A DNA stretch of 64,000 nt from Nitrospirota bacterium (GCA_963749655.1 CAVVOB010000013.1:192001-256000), one strand, 5' to 3'. Shown: positions 40,948 through 52,716, counted from the stretch's first letter. The notes: generated by a model not told the origin, from the sequence alone. Made by a program: numbers and translations.

Positions 40948-43900
40948 ATGACGAACGCAGTCCAGACAAAAAATACCGTCTGCAGTCTTGATTACCTTGT
41001 GGGTACCTTATCCACTGCTTACAAAGGATCCCTGCGGTCCCTCGTGGTGAAAGATTTTTGCATGACCGACGGGGGCGCGGAAACGTCGCTCCAGGGGACG
41101 GTCCTGGCCCTTCCCGACGGACGGTACGAAGCATCGTTGAACCAGAGCGGCATCGAGCTCGCGCGTGTCGACCTCGCCGGGAACGGAGCTTTTTCTTTTA
41201 CTGCCGACAGGACGCAGATTGCCGCAAGCCGCGACCTTCAGATCGACATCGTGCAGTCGGGGCGGCACATCGGGACCTTTCTGCTCAAGAAGGAGAGCGC
41301 AGGCGGACTGTATGTGTCCGCAGTCGAGCTTTCCCGGGAGCTTGCGGGCGTCGATCTTGCGCTCATCACAACTCCGCTGCGGGACAAGGTGGGGCTGCTG
41401 CGCAAGGCGGAAGAGATCGTCTCCCAAGTCCATTCGACCAAGAAGAACTGGCCTGTTTTTTCAGAAGAGGCGGCTGGTTTTGCCCGCGATTTTTTCTGGA
41501 GCGAGAGGGCCGCTTTTTTCCGGGCCTTCCCCGTCCTTGTCCGGTTCCTGATCCTTGCTGCAGAGCGTACCGATCCTCTTGACCGGAATAAGCCGGTTGC
41601 CAACTATTTCGATCTTCTTGACCTGCTGTTCGAACAGGAGGGCGATACTTCGGGCCTGCGGCCGCTTGCCGAACTCTGGGTGGATGCATTGACCCGTTCA
41701 TCCATCGATCCGGCCCCCCATGGGCGGCGCACGTTTCGAGTCCCTCAAAAAGATCCACTCGACCTTTCCGGCCATCGATGTGGGGGGAGCAGTGCAGCTC
41801 CTCATCAATGCCCTCGCTAAGGCGCAGACTGCACTCAAGTTCCCGGCCGAAGCCGTCCTGGCGCCCCTTGCCGCGCTCCTTCCCCCGGAGGACTTCGAAC
41901 TGTTGAAGCGGTTCGGAGGGCCGGGACAGCGGCTCATCCTCCAGTCGCTCGACGGGGCGCAGCAGCGGCTCCGGAGCGGTGATGCCCGGGGCGCCCTCGA
42001 CCTCATCGCACGCCTCGACTTCGCCATGCTCGACGACCGGAAAGCGGTCGAGCTCCTGTTCGACCTGGCGCAGGAACCGAACCAGTCGGCCCTTTCTCGA
42101 GCCGCTGTCGCCGCCTGCCTCTCCTCCGTGTCGGCACTGTCTCCACGGGCACGGAACGTTCAGCACGTCCGTTCCCCGCATTATTTGCCGTTGATCTGAT
42201 CGGCCGGATCGACGTATGCACGGAACTCCTGCGCAGGATCGACGAAAGCCGACCCCTCGTACGGGAGCGGATCATGCTGGCCCCCCGCCTTGCCCGGGCG
42301 GTCCTTTCCTCGGGCCGGGAAGACCTCATCGTGCAATACCTCGACGGTCTCCGCCGGATCATGATCCCTTCCGCGCGGGTGCGGGGCATTTCACCGGACA
42401 CGTGGGCGGAGATCGTGGACCCCCTGCACCTCGAACTGTTGGACCCGGTTCATGGATCTGCTCGGGTCCGGGGACGGTTTGCTCGAAAGCGTTCTGGTCC
42501 GGGTGACGCCAACCTCGCCGCAGGCGGCGTGCTGATCCCCGATGATCAGCTGTTCCAGCGCCGGATCTCGGCTTATCTGAATTCGCCTGGCCATGAAAAG
42601 AAGTTTTCTGTTCAACTACCTCCTGCTCGCGCAGCTTCCTGTTTATTTCCACGACGTGGGAGCGGTCGAGCAGGATCAGGGACTATTCAACGGAACTCGA
42701 CGCCTGGGGCAACGATCCGGTCATTTATTTTCTCCGGAAACAGGTCCACGTGAATGCGAGCGGGAACAACGTCCGCCTGATCGAGGAAGTCATCCGGTCC
42801 TGGGTGGGTGCGATCCGTCGAGGTCCTGAAGAACCTTGTTCCTGTTGACATGCTGGCAAAGTCGCGACCGGAAGACAGCTGACCCGGTATTCGTCTGTCA
42901 TCACCTCCTTTTTCCAGGCCGCCGGCGTGCTGGACGAACAGGGTCTCCATCCTGAACGGGTGCTGCAGCTCACCGACCCGGCGATCGACGCCAGTTTTCG
43001 CGACGACGACGGCTCAGATCATGAGGCGCGCACGAAAGTGAAGCTCCTGTGCAAACTGTACAAGGAAGATTTCCCGGAAATATTCTCTCGTGAGCCGGGA
43101 CGCTGCCGATCGGCGATGTGCATGCCGGCCTCCTCAAGGCTGTCACGGAGCTTGAGGATCGCTTGACCCTGTCGTCCTGTCCCCGGAAAGGACGGAACCG
43201 CAGGAATCGCTCTATTTCAAGACGACACATCGCCTTCGGCATCCCCTCGGTGCTGGGATCGTATCACGAACCGAAATTCGACGCCCTCTGCGACATGATG
43301 CGGCGCGGGGAGGAGATCCCGGTACTTCTGGAGTCCGTCATTGTCGGAGCTTGAGCAGAAGGGAACGGGAGGCCTTGGAACGAGGAGCTCCGGAGCGATG
43401 GCTCGCCTCCCTGAGCGCTGCCTGGAAGGCGCTCAAACAGTACGGCATGGAGAACGTCCGGATCGACGAGTTCGTCGTGGACTCCTGGAGGAGGCCCGGC
43501 TGTCTTCCGGCCGCAGGTCGTCGATGTGCTGAAGATGTGGCAGAAGGAGCTGGCGTGGCTGTGTCGTCCCTTAGCCGGACTTTTCACGGCCCGCTGAAAG
43601 AGGCGTCGCTGCGATTCCCCCGCGACGATCTTCCGGAGCACCTCCGGGCCTTGAACGTCCCGCTTCGCTCGATTTCTCGACAAGGCCGCGGACATCGTTA
43701 TGCGGAACATCCTGAGCAGCGTTCCCGGCCTGGTAGAGTCCGACCGGCTTCTTGATGCCCTGACAACGCTGTTCCGCGTGCGGGCGGACCGTGATTTCGG
43801 GGAGGAAGACCCAACGCCACCGGCACGAAGGCTTTTTCGATATCCAGCCGGCTCACCGATCGACGACGCCCGACGGTTCGTCCCTGCTGCTCGGCAGCAA

Positions 43901-45332
43901 GGCCAGGAACCTTGTCATTGCGAAGGAGAAGGGGCCTTCCCGTGCCTGCCGGCGTGGTCCTGCCTGCGCGCCACGACGGGGGAAGGGAGCTCGAAAGGGA
44001 CCCTGACCGTTTCTCCTCCTTGTGAGAGACGCCGTGCAAGCCATCGAGACGCAGGACAGGCAAGGTGTTCGGCGGCACGAACAACCCGCTGTTCCTCTCC
44101 GTCCGGAGCGGGTCTTATCCTTCCATGCCCGGCATCCTGAATTCGATCCTCTACTGCGGCATGAATGATGATACGCTCGCGGCATTCATCCGTTCCACCG
44201 GCGATCCCGCATCGGCGTGGGATTCCTATCGCAGGTTCATCGAGCATTACGGGACCGCTGTGCTCGGGCTGCCGCATCGCGTTCTTCGAGAATATTGCCG
44301 TACGGGCCGGAACGAGCCGGTCCCGATGCGCACAGGACGGCGCGGAGCGGATCAAGACGATCGTCGGACTTTATCGCGAAGGCCTGCATACCGAAGGGCT
44401 TCGAGGTACCCGTTGACGCCTATGAACAGCTCCATCGCTGCATCCGGGCCGTCTATGCCTCCTGGGAGAGCGATCGGGCCCGTCAGTTCCGTTCAGCAAC
44501 CGGCACGTCGGAAAAGTGGGGGACATCGGCCACGCTGATGGAGATGGTTTCGGGCAACCGGGAAGGGGCAGGCGTGTCCGTGTTCTTTACCCGGAACCCT
44601 GCCACGTTCGAACCGGTCGTTTACGGAGAGACGCGGGAGAACGCCAGCGGCGACGATCTCGCTTCGGGCAGGACCACCGGCCGCCCCCTGTCGCGCAGCC
44701 AGGCCGGGGCCGAAGCCATGAGCCTCGAAGAGAGCGATCCGGAGCTCTATCGCAGGCACGCGGACCTGGCGAAAGCCGTCGAGAAAGCGTTCGGAGGCCT
44801 TCCCCAGGAAGTGGAAGTCACGTACACGCGCGACAGCAGCAACGTGCCCCGGCTGTACGTCCTCCAGGTAAGAAGAATGGTTCAGGACGAGGAGCGGGCC
44901 GGGACCTTTGACGAGATCTGCAGGATGGAGTCCCGCGTGATCGGTCGCGGCATCGGGGCGAACGGCGGAGCGCTGAGCGGCGCGGCGTCCTTTGGCGAAA
45001 CTCCGGAGGAGGTCAGGAGCCTGGCGGAGAGGACCGGCATGCCTGTCATCCTCATCCGCAGAACGGCGAACACCGACGACGTCCCGCTCATGCCCTTCAT
45101 CAGGGGCATCGTTACGGCATCGGGAGGGGTCACGTCGCACGCCGCGGTCCTCGCGCACACCTTCGGCATTGCCGCGGTTCTTGCCTCCGCAGACCTCGCG
45201 ATCGAAACGGGCAACAACGGCAGGTCGGCAATGATCGGGAACGTCAAGGTGGAGGAGGGAACGCAGCTCAGCATTGACGGCTCGACAGGCCTCATTTTTT
45301 CCGGCGTCTGCTTTCCCGGTCGGGAACCTTAA
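40948..45332 (+). CDS. Large PPDK-related protein (long N-terminal region, ATP-grasp domain, phospho-His swivel; no C-terminal PEP barrel); many frameshifts
   Basis: PLFLSVRSG..SMPG, AWDSYRRF, VFFTRNP, GDDLASG and GGVTSHAAV motifs spread over several frames. Confidence 0.8.
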
Positions 45333-45335
45333 GGC

Positions 45336-45459
45336 CGACGGAAACCGACGTACCCCCGACGGGATGCGACGAAAAACGACTGGTTCGATTCCTGCCCCTT
45401 ACGTCGCTGCCCGGTCGATTCTCGTCGTCCTTGCGTCGCTTCTTTGTCGCCTCACGTCG
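45336..45459. repeat. Inverted, helically phased CGAC array
   Basis: CGAC at 45336, 45346, 45357, 45367 and 45377; GTCG at 45403, 45414, 45424, 45435, 45446 and 45456. Confidence 0.8.
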
Positions 45460-45659
45460 CTTTTTCTATGTTGAATACTGGTACAATTTAATTAGAGGGC
45501 CAATCCGCATGTTTTTGTTTTCATCGTGTTCGCATTTGGGCGAGGATACGTGCAGCTTGTGGCGGAGCATGAGGCGGAGGGCAAGAATACGGAATTGCAT
45601 GGCGTTGCCCGCAGTCCGGTGAGGACAGACGGGCAGGCGCTCATGAAAAAGCGGGAGAA

Positions 45660-46178
45660 ATGATGAGGAAACTGAAAGTTATAGGAATAGTGATTGCAGC
45701 CGCCCTTCTGGCCATGATGTCTACGTCTTTTGCCCAGCCCATGGGCGGGATGGGAGGACCGGTCGGCGGAGGCAGAGGCATGGGCGGCTCCGGCGGGAGG
45801 GGCGGCGGTGGGTACGGAGGCAGGGGCGGGAGCGGCGCCTTGTATAATGCACAGACCGTGCTGACGATCAGCGGTGAGGTGAAGGCAGTGGAGCGGGTCA
45901 CTCCCCAGAGCGGAACGTCCTACGACGTATATCTCATCGTTCAAATGGATGCCGGCCCGATCGATGTCTATCTCGGTCCGGGGTGGTACGTTGACAGCCG
46001 GGACGTCAAGATCCAGGCCGGTGACACTGTGGAAATAAAAGGATCCAAGGTGAGCTCCCAGGGGAATCCGTCGCTCATAGCAGCGGAAGTGACCAGGGGT
46101 GGCGATGTTCTGGTCTTTCGGGATGTCAATACAGGCACCCCTGCATGGTCCGGCGCGAAGAATATCGACCAGATGTAA
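45660..46178 (+). CDS. Exported Gly-rich OB-fold protein (MamS/MamX-domain-like)
   Basis: Signal peptide, GM/GR-rich linker, then TISGEV, VYLGPGWY, GDTVEIKGS and IAAEV. Confidence 0.7.
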   Translation: MMRKLKVIGIVIAAALLAMMSTSFAQPMGGMGGPVGGGRGMGGSGGRGGGGYGGRGGSGALYNAQTVLTISGEVKAVERVTPQSGTSYDVYLIVQMDAGPIDVYLGPGWYVDSRDVKIQAGDTVEIKGSKVSSQGNPSLIAAEVTRGGDVLVFRDVNTGTPAWSGAKNIDQM

Positions 46179-46338
46179 GCCAGAGCTTCAGAGGATGGAG
46201 CGTGCATGAGTATTTTAATCCACGCCGGCCAAGCCTCTTGAATGTTGGTATAATTTATTCAGATGATTCATCCGCGGTTCTCCCTTGCCATACAAAGACA
46301 AAGGACACCCAGTGAGCGCCTCGGAGAGAGGCGACAAC

Positions 46339-47349
46339 ATGAAAACTATTGCCATCAACGGATTGGGCCGCATCGGCCGACTGGCCCTGCGGCTCTACGT
46401 GGAAAACCCAACGGAGCAGGCCGTCATCGTGGCGGCGAACAGCCCGGCGCCGATCGACGATCTCGCCTATCTTCTCAAATACGACTCCGTTCACGGGCGG
46501 GCGCCTTTTGAGGTCCACGCGGGTCCCGATTACCTTGAGCTGGGCTCTCACCGCATGCGGGTCGAGATCTCCCATGAAAAGGACCCGAAAAATCTTCCCT
46601 GGCGCAGGCACGGCGTCGATATCGTGCTCGAATGCACGGGTCTGTTTCTCCGGCGGGATGAAGCGGAACAGCATCTGCAAGCCGGCGCTTCGAAGGTCAT
46701 CATCAGCGCGGACGCCAAGAACGCCGATCTGACTGTGGTAATGGGCGTCAATGAGCACTTGTACGATCCTGAGCACCATCACATTCTCTCGAACGCCTCC
46801 TGCACAACGAACTGCCTGGCTACGGCCTCCAAGGTGCTGCTCGATTCCTTCGGCATCGAGTACCTGACGGCCACGACGATCCATGCCTACACGTCCAGCC
46901 AGGCGCTCATCGACAAGTCTTCTCCCCGGCACCGGAGAAGGGGGCGCGCCGCGGCGGTCTCGCTCGTTCCCTCGAGCACCGGAGCCGCCACGGCAACGCA
47001 GGTCGTGCTGCCGGAGCTGAAGGGAAGAATGTCCGCCCTGGCCGTGCGCGTCCCCATCCCCGACGGGTCGCTGACGGACATCACGGCCCATCTCAAGAAG
47101 GATGTGACCACGGAGAGCGTGAACGCGGCATTCAAAAAGGCCTCGGAAGGCGATCTGCGCGGCATCCTCGGCTACAGCGAGGACGAGCTGGTTTCGGCGG
47201 ACATCGTGGGTGATGAACATTCCTCGATCATCGACGCGGGCGCGACCCGTGTTCTCAGGGACCGTGTCGTCAAGGTGCTCGCCTGGTATGATAATGAATA
47301 CGGGTATGCGCGGAGGCTGCTCGACCTGGCGGAGTACCTGGCGCAGTAA
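46339..47349 (+). CDS. gap: Type I glyceraldehyde-3-phosphate dehydrogenase
   Basis: INGLGRIGR, YDSVHG, ASCTTNCL, RVP and WYDNE motifs. Confidence 0.95.
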   Translation: MKTIAINGLGRIGRLALRLYVENPTEQAVIVAANSPAPIDDLAYLLKYDSVHGRAPFEVHAGPDYLELGSHRMRVEISHEKDPKNLPWRRHGVDIVLECTGLFLRRDEAEQHLQAGASKVIISADAKNADLTVVMGVNEHLYDPEHHHILSNASCTTNCLATASKVLLDSFGIEYLTATTIHAYTSSQALIDKSSPRHRRRGRAAAVSLVPSSTGAATATQVVLPELKGRMSALAVRVPIPDGSLTDITAHLKKDVTTESVNAAFKKASEGDLRGILGYSEDELVSADIVGDEHSSIIDAGATRVLRDRVVKVLAWYDNEYGYARRLLDLAEYLAQ

Positions 47350-47397
47350 CCGATGCCCTGACGGACGTTGAAAAGGGCGGACGCTTGTATGGAAAGA

Positions 47398-47862
47398 ATG
47401 AGCGACTACATAAAAATAGACATGGCGCAGGAAAAGAACATTGTTCTGGTCGCCCATGACAACAAGAAGCAGGACCTGCTGGAATGGGCGAAGTTCAACC
47501 GGGAGCTCCTTGCCCATCACCGGCTCTATGCCACGGGAACGACAGGCAGCCTCCTGGAAAAAGAGCTCGGCCTGGAGATCACGAAGCTCCAGAGCGGCCC
47601 GCTGGGCGGAGATCTGCAGATCGGCGCGAAGATCGCAGACGGCATCATCGATTTCCTGATCTTCTTCTGGGACCCGCTGGAGCCGCAGCCCCACGACCCC
47701 GATGTGAAGGCCATTTTGAGGATCGCCGTGGTCTGGAACATTCCTGTTGCCTGCAACCGGGCGAGTGCGGATTTTATGATTTCGTCGATGCTGATGACGT
47801 CGGAGTACAGCCGGCTGGTGCCGAACTACGATACCTACCGGCAGCGGTTGAAGGAACTGTAG
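47398..47862 (+). CDS. mgsA: Methylglyoxal synthase
   Basis: [29 protein letters not shown] and ACN motifs. Confidence 0.95.
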   Translation: MSDYIKIDMAQEKNIVLVAHDNKKQDLLEWAKFNRELLAHHRLYATGTTGSLLEKELGLEITKLQSGPLGGDLQIGAKIADGIIDFLIFFWDPLEPQPHDPDVKAILRIAVVWNIPVACNRASADFMISSMLMTSEYSRLVPNYDTYRQRLKEL

Positions 47863-48018
47863 CGCCTGCGCGGGGGCGGCATGCTCCGGCGCAAATTTGG
47901 CCTTGCATTCGAAAGGGATTTGTGATTTCATATCCCAATGCAGTGGTTTTCCTTCGGAGGCAGGACATTACCGGATCGTGTGATCGCATGAACAGGTACT
48001 ATCACAAAGGAGGATACT

Positions 48019-49442
48019 ATGAAGAAGGTAACCAGACGTGAATTCATCAAGAAAGCGGGAGTAGGCGCCGCGGGCCTCGCAGTCGGGTCGTCGGTATTGG
48101 ATTTGAACAAGGTCTTCGCGCAGACAACCGGGGCGAAGGACTCTGCAGGATCCTGCAGTGGAGCCATTTTGTTCCGACTCATGACAAGTGGTATGACCAG
48201 TACGCGAAGGAATGGGGCGAGAAGAATAATGTGGACGTGATCGTCGATCACATCGGGCTCGCGGACCTGCGGAGCACGTTCGCCGCCGAGGTCGCCGCCG
48301 GGAAAGGGACACGATATCGTGGAGTTCATCGATCCTCCGTCCGATTTCGAACCGAGCGTGATGGATCTGACGGACCTGAACCAGGAGGCGGTGAAGCGGT
48401 TCGGGAAGCAGCTTCCGGTTGCAACGCGAAGCACGTACAATGCCTATACGAAGAAATACTACGGCTTCTGCCATGGCTGGACGATCGATCCCGGGCGACT
48501 ACCGCAAGTCCCTGTGGGATAAGGCAGGCAAACCCAACGGACCGGAGACCTGGGAGGATCTGATGGTCTACGGAGCAAAGATCAAGAACGAGCAGGGCAT
48601 CCAGCTGGGGATCGGCATCTCCCAGGAGCTGGACACGAACATGGCCGAGCGCACCCTGCTGTGGTCCTTCGATTCTTCCATCCAGGACGCGGAAGAGCAT
48701 GTCATTCTGGACAACAAGAATACCGTCGAAGCCGTTAAGTTCATGATCGACCTGTACAATAAGACCATGACGCCCGAGGTTTTCGGCTGGACCGCGGCAT
48801 CCAATAATCAGCTTCTGCTTGCTGGCAAGGCATCGTACATCCTGAATTCGATCTCCGCCTACCGGTCGGCGCAGAAGGACGTTCCCGAGGTGGCCAAGGA
48901 CGTGTTCTTCACCCCGGCGCTCAAGGGGCCGCGCGGTACGGCGTGGGCCTGCGAGCATGTGATCTATGTGACGGTGATCCCCAAGTTCGCGGAGAAGAAC
49001 GCAGACGTGGCAAAGCGGTTCCTGCTCGACCGGGTGGCGAACTACGACCGGGCCATGTGGGAGAGCAAACTGTACAATTCGCCGGCCTTCTTCAGCGCCG
49101 GGGTGCCGGGCGGGGAACGCGGGTATCCCGCAGTCGCACAGGCAAAGCATCTGCGTGACCTGCACAATGCATGGTTCTCGAAGGACCCCTTCGCGCTTCC
49201 CGGCGAGGCGACAAACAAGCTGCTGCCGCTTAAAGACGCGGAGAAGTGGAGCGTCAACGTGGGCTTCCCCGGCACGTCGAGCCCGGCCGAGGGCGAGATC
49301 TTCGGCACCTTCATTCTGCCGGGCATGTTCGCCCGCGTAGCCCAGGGCAAACAGAGCGCCGAGGAGTCGGTGAAGCAGGCCGCCGAGCAGTGCAAGAAGA
49401 TCTTCGACAAGTGGCGTGCACAGGGCCTGATCAGGAAGATAA
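48019..49442 (+). CDS. Tat-exported carbohydrate ABC substrate-binding protein (several frameshifts; end approximate)
   Basis: TRREFIKK twin-arginine signal, WSHFVP, PETWEDL and NSISAYRSA; AGGAGG RBS. Confidence 0.8.
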
Positions 49443-49603
49443 TTCGATCAAGAGGCTACATCCGCCGCAGAGAACGCGGATATTCGGATGAAGGGCAATT
49501 GCAAGATGCGTTTCTCTGGGAGCTCCGGGCTCTCTGTGGCAGCTTATTTAAATGCTTCATCATGGTTCGGGCATACTATCTTTTGTGTCCGGCTCTTCTT
49601 GAC

Positions 49604-49681
49604 CGTCATTCCGGGCTTGACCCGGAATCCAGCGACTCTTCTAAAGTAAGACACTGGATTCCTGCTTTCGCAGGAATGACG
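49604..49681. repeat. REP-like paired palindrome (GTCATTCC...GGAATC / GATTCC...GGAATGAC)
   Basis: CGTCATTCCGGGCTTGACCCGGAATCCAG ... CTGGATTCCTGCTTTCGCAGGAATGACG. Confidence 0.85.
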
Positions 49682-49730
49682 TCCATTAAAGTGCGGACTC
49701 GTGTGTAACCCTTTACTATCAGGATAATTC

Positions 49731-50732
49731 ATGGCGAACGTACAGCTTGTTGGGATTCAGAAGCACTTTGAAGGCGTAAAGGCCGTCGACGGCATCGATC
49801 TGGAGATCGCCGACGGGGAATTTCTGGTGCTCCTCGGACCGTCGGGGAGCGGAAAGACCACGCTGATGCGGCTCGTAGCCGGCCTCGAGAAGCCGACGGG
49901 CGGACGCATCCTTATCGACGGCCGGCCCGTTAATGACCTCCCCCCGCGGGAACGCGGCATCGCCATGGTCTTCCAGAGCTACGCGCTCTATCCGCACAAG
50001 ACGGTCTTCGGGAACATTTCCTTTCCCCTGATCATCGAAGGCCTTCCCAAGGCGGAGATCAGGAAGAAAGCGGAGTGGGCGTCGGGACTGCTCGGCATAG
50101 GCCATCTCCTGGACCGGATGCCGTCGCAGATCTCCGGCGGAGAGCGCCAGCGGGTCGCTATCGCGCGCGCCCTGGTGCGCCGTCCGAAAGTGCTGCTCAT
50201 GGACGAGCCGCTGTCCAACCTGGACGCCAAGGTGCGGCATACTGCCCGCGAGGAGTTGAAGCTTTTCCAGCGCGAGATCAACGTGACGACCATCTACGTC
50301 ACCCATGACCAGGCAGAGGCCATGGGCCTGGGGGACCGGATCGCGGTGCTGCACCAGGGCACGATCCGTCAGATCGGGACGCCCGACTCGATCTATAATG
50401 ATCCGGCGAACATGTTCGTCGGCGGTTTCGTCGGCATTCCGCCCATGAACTTCATGGAGCAGGACGGCCTGATCGTGGGATTCCGCCCCGAGGCGCTCCT
50501 TCCGGCGGAGGCGCTGCCGGACAAGGACTGCATGCGGCTCCGGCTCCTGGTCGAACGGGTCGAGGACCTGGGATCGCACCGGCTGGTGTACGGGACCATC
50601 GGCAAAACCAAAGTCATTGCAACCCATAACTTCCGGTTGAACCTGAAGGAGGGAGATGAGCACGAGTTCGCGGTCTGCAGCCAGGAACTCCGGCGCTTCG
50701 ATCCGAAGACCGGAGAGCGGGTGCGGCCGTGA
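49731..50732 (+). CDS. MalK-like sugar ABC ATPase
   Basis: GPSGSGKTT, FQSYALYPH, SGGERQRVA, DEPLSNLD and THDQ motifs. Confidence 0.93.
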   Translation: MANVQLVGIQKHFEGVKAVDGIDLEIADGEFLVLLGPSGSGKTTLMRLVAGLEKPTGGRILIDGRPVNDLPPRERGIAMVFQSYALYPHKTVFGNISFPLIIEGLPKAEIRKKAEWASGLLGIGHLLDRMPSQISGGERQRVAIARALVRRPKVLLMDEPLSNLDAKVRHTAREELKLFQREINVTTIYVTHDQAEAMGLGDRIAVLHQGTIRQIGTPDSIYNDPANMFVGGFVGIPPMNFMEQDGLIVGFRPEALLPAEALPDKDCMRLRLLVERVEDLGSHRLVYGTIGKTKVIATHNFRLNLKEGDEHEFAVCSQELRRFDPKTGERVRP

Positions 50733-51649
50733 GCGGGCGGAACATATTCGAGCGCGAGACGGTCCTCGCTCCGCTGATGCTGGCTCCCGTTGCGCTGTAT
50801 ATGATCCTCCTGGTGGGCTTTCCCTTCATCATGGCCTTCGTGTACAGCTTCAGCAACGTCACGGTGGGGAATCCCCACTTCCGCATGATCGGGTTCGCCA
50901 ATTATGCAGCGGTGCTCGGAGATCCCGTCTTCCTCCATTCGCTCATGAACACCTGCATCTTCACCTTCACCTCCATCGGCCTGGTGCTCGTGCTTTCGAA
51001 CATGCTCTGTGAGCTCCTGATGAGGCAGTTCCGCTTCAAATGGCTGATCCGGTTCCTGATCATGCTGCCCTGGACCGCGCCGATCGCGCTCGGGACCATC
51101 GGCTTCCTCTGGTTCCTCGATTCCGTGTTCAGCCCCCTGGACTGGCTGCTCCGGACCTGGGGCCTCCTCGGAAAGCCCGATGCGCTGCTCGGCCCGATGA
51201 GCAACATGTACTGGCTGGGAAGACCCGGCCTCGCCATGGCGTCGGTGATCACGGTGCATGTGTGGCGGTTGCTCCCCCTTGCCACGATGATACGGATCGC
51301 GGGCATGAACTCGATTCCCAAAGAGATCGTCGAGGCGGCCCAGGTGGACGGCGCAGGGTATTACCGGCGCCTCTTCCATATCATCCTGCCGCTCCTGTTG
51401 CCGGTGATCAGCGTGACGGTGCTGTTCTCGACGCTCTTCACGTTCACGGACATGACCGTGGTCTGGGTCCTGACCAAGGGAGGTCCTCCGGACAACAATA
51501 CGCAGGTGCTGGCCAGCCTCGCGTTCCTGAAGGGGATCCAGGGAGGCGATCTTGCCCAGGGCGCCGCGGTCGCCATATTCTTCTTCCCGGTCCTGGCCGG
51601 GCTGGCTGCGGTCGTGCTTCGGATCGCGAAGAAGGCGGTTGTAACGTAG
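50729..51649 (+). CDS. Sugar ABC permease (MalF-like)
   Basis: EAA loop EAAQVDGA; TM pattern. Confidence 0.9.
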   Translation: MSGRNIFERETVLAPLMLAPVALYMILLVGFPFIMAFVYSFSNVTVGNPHFRMIGFANYAAVLGDPVFLHSLMNTCIFTFTSIGLVLVLSNMLCELLMRQFRFKWLIRFLIMLPWTAPIALGTIGFLWFLDSVFSPLDWLLRTWGLLGKPDALLGPMSNMYWLGRPGLAMASVITVHVWRLLPLATMIRIAGMNSIPKEIVEAAQVDGAGYYRRLFHIILPLLLPVISVTVLFSTLFTFTDMTVVWVLTKGGPPDNNTQVLASLAFLKGIQGGDLAQGAAVAIFFFPVLAGLAAVVLRIAKKAVVT

Positions 51650-51651
51650 GC

Positions 51652-51697
<46 letters not shown>

Positions 51698-51708
51698 TCT
51701 TCCTTACT

Positions 51709-52548
51709 ATGCTGAAGAGAATCCTTTCGCAGACGTGGTTATACGGCGGGCTTTCTTTTTTCGTTATTTTTTCCGCCTCGCCCTTCTATATCATGCTCAT
51801 CACCATGTTCAAGCAGAGCCACGATCTGTTCAGCCCGACCAACAATCCCTTCTGGCTGAACGAGCCGATCACCTTCGAACACATGGACCTGCTCTTCAAA
51901 CAGACGCTGTTCCCGACGTTTCTGTGGAACACGCTCATAGTCGGCATTGCCGTGGTCATCATCACGGTCCTTCTGGCCGTTCCCGCAGCGCTCAGTCTGG
52001 CCCGTCTGGCCGGCCGGTGGGGGGAAAGCATCGGCGTCGCCATCTTCCTCACCTACCTGGTCCCTCCGACGCTGCTGTTCCTCCCGCTGACGCACATTGT
52101 GTCGATCCTGGGACTGCAGAATTCCCTCTGGTCCCTGGTGCTGGTGTATCCCACTTTTACCGTCCCGTTCTGCACCTGGCTGATGATGAGCTTCTTCAAG
52201 TCAATCCCCAAGGACATCGAGGAGCAGGCCCTTGTCGACGGGTGCAGCAGGACCGGGGCGATGGTGCGCATTCTGCTGCCGCTTTCCGTTCCGGGCATCA
52301 TCACCGTGGTGGTGTTCGCCTTCACGCTCGTGGCCCATGAATATATCTATGCCCTCGCCTTCATCCAGGATTCGGCAAAGAAGACCATCGGCATCGGCAT
52401 GACCACGGAACTGGTGCGGGGCGACGTGTTCTACTGGGGGGCGCTCATGGGTGGGGCTCTGATCGCAAGCGTTCCCGTGGCGATCCTGTACACGCTCTTC
52501 CTCGACCGCATCATATCGGGCCTTTCCCTGGGAACAACGAAAAATTGA
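51709..52548 (+). CDS. Sugar ABC permease (MalG-like)
   Basis: IPKDIEEQALVDG EAA-like loop; TM pattern. Confidence 0.9.
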   Translation: MLKRILSQTWLYGGLSFFVIFSASPFYIMLITMFKQSHDLFSPTNNPFWLNEPITFEHMDLLFKQTLFPTFLWNTLIVGIAVVIITVLLAVPAALSLARLAGRWGESIGVAIFLTYLVPPTLLFLPLTHIVSILGLQNSLWSLVLVYPTFTVPFCTWLMMSFFKSIPKDIEEQALVDGCSRTGAMVRILLPLSVPGIITVVVFAFTLVAHEYIYALAFIQDSAKKTIGIGMTTELVRGDVFYWGALMGGALIASVPVAILYTLFLDRIISGLSLGTTKN

Positions 52549-52716
52549 TTCTTTGATTGCGTGGCGCGAGATTCAAGTTGGGAATCCGTATCACGCTGAC
52601 ACAAAACGTACAACCCGTAATCCGCAGCGCGTCATTCGCCACCCGAAACCCGCAAGGGAAGCTCATAAATCGCAACTTCTGACAGCCCTTTCCGCAATAA
52701 AGTACCTACCGGAACC

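Noticed and set aside
45660-46178. Magnetosome gene cluster
   Set aside because: A single OB-fold-like protein with no other mam genes; the domain is widespread.
49443-49708. C-terminal extension of the substrate-binding protein
   Set aside because: It reads through two palindromic repeats, probably because of an indel before TAA at 49440-49442.
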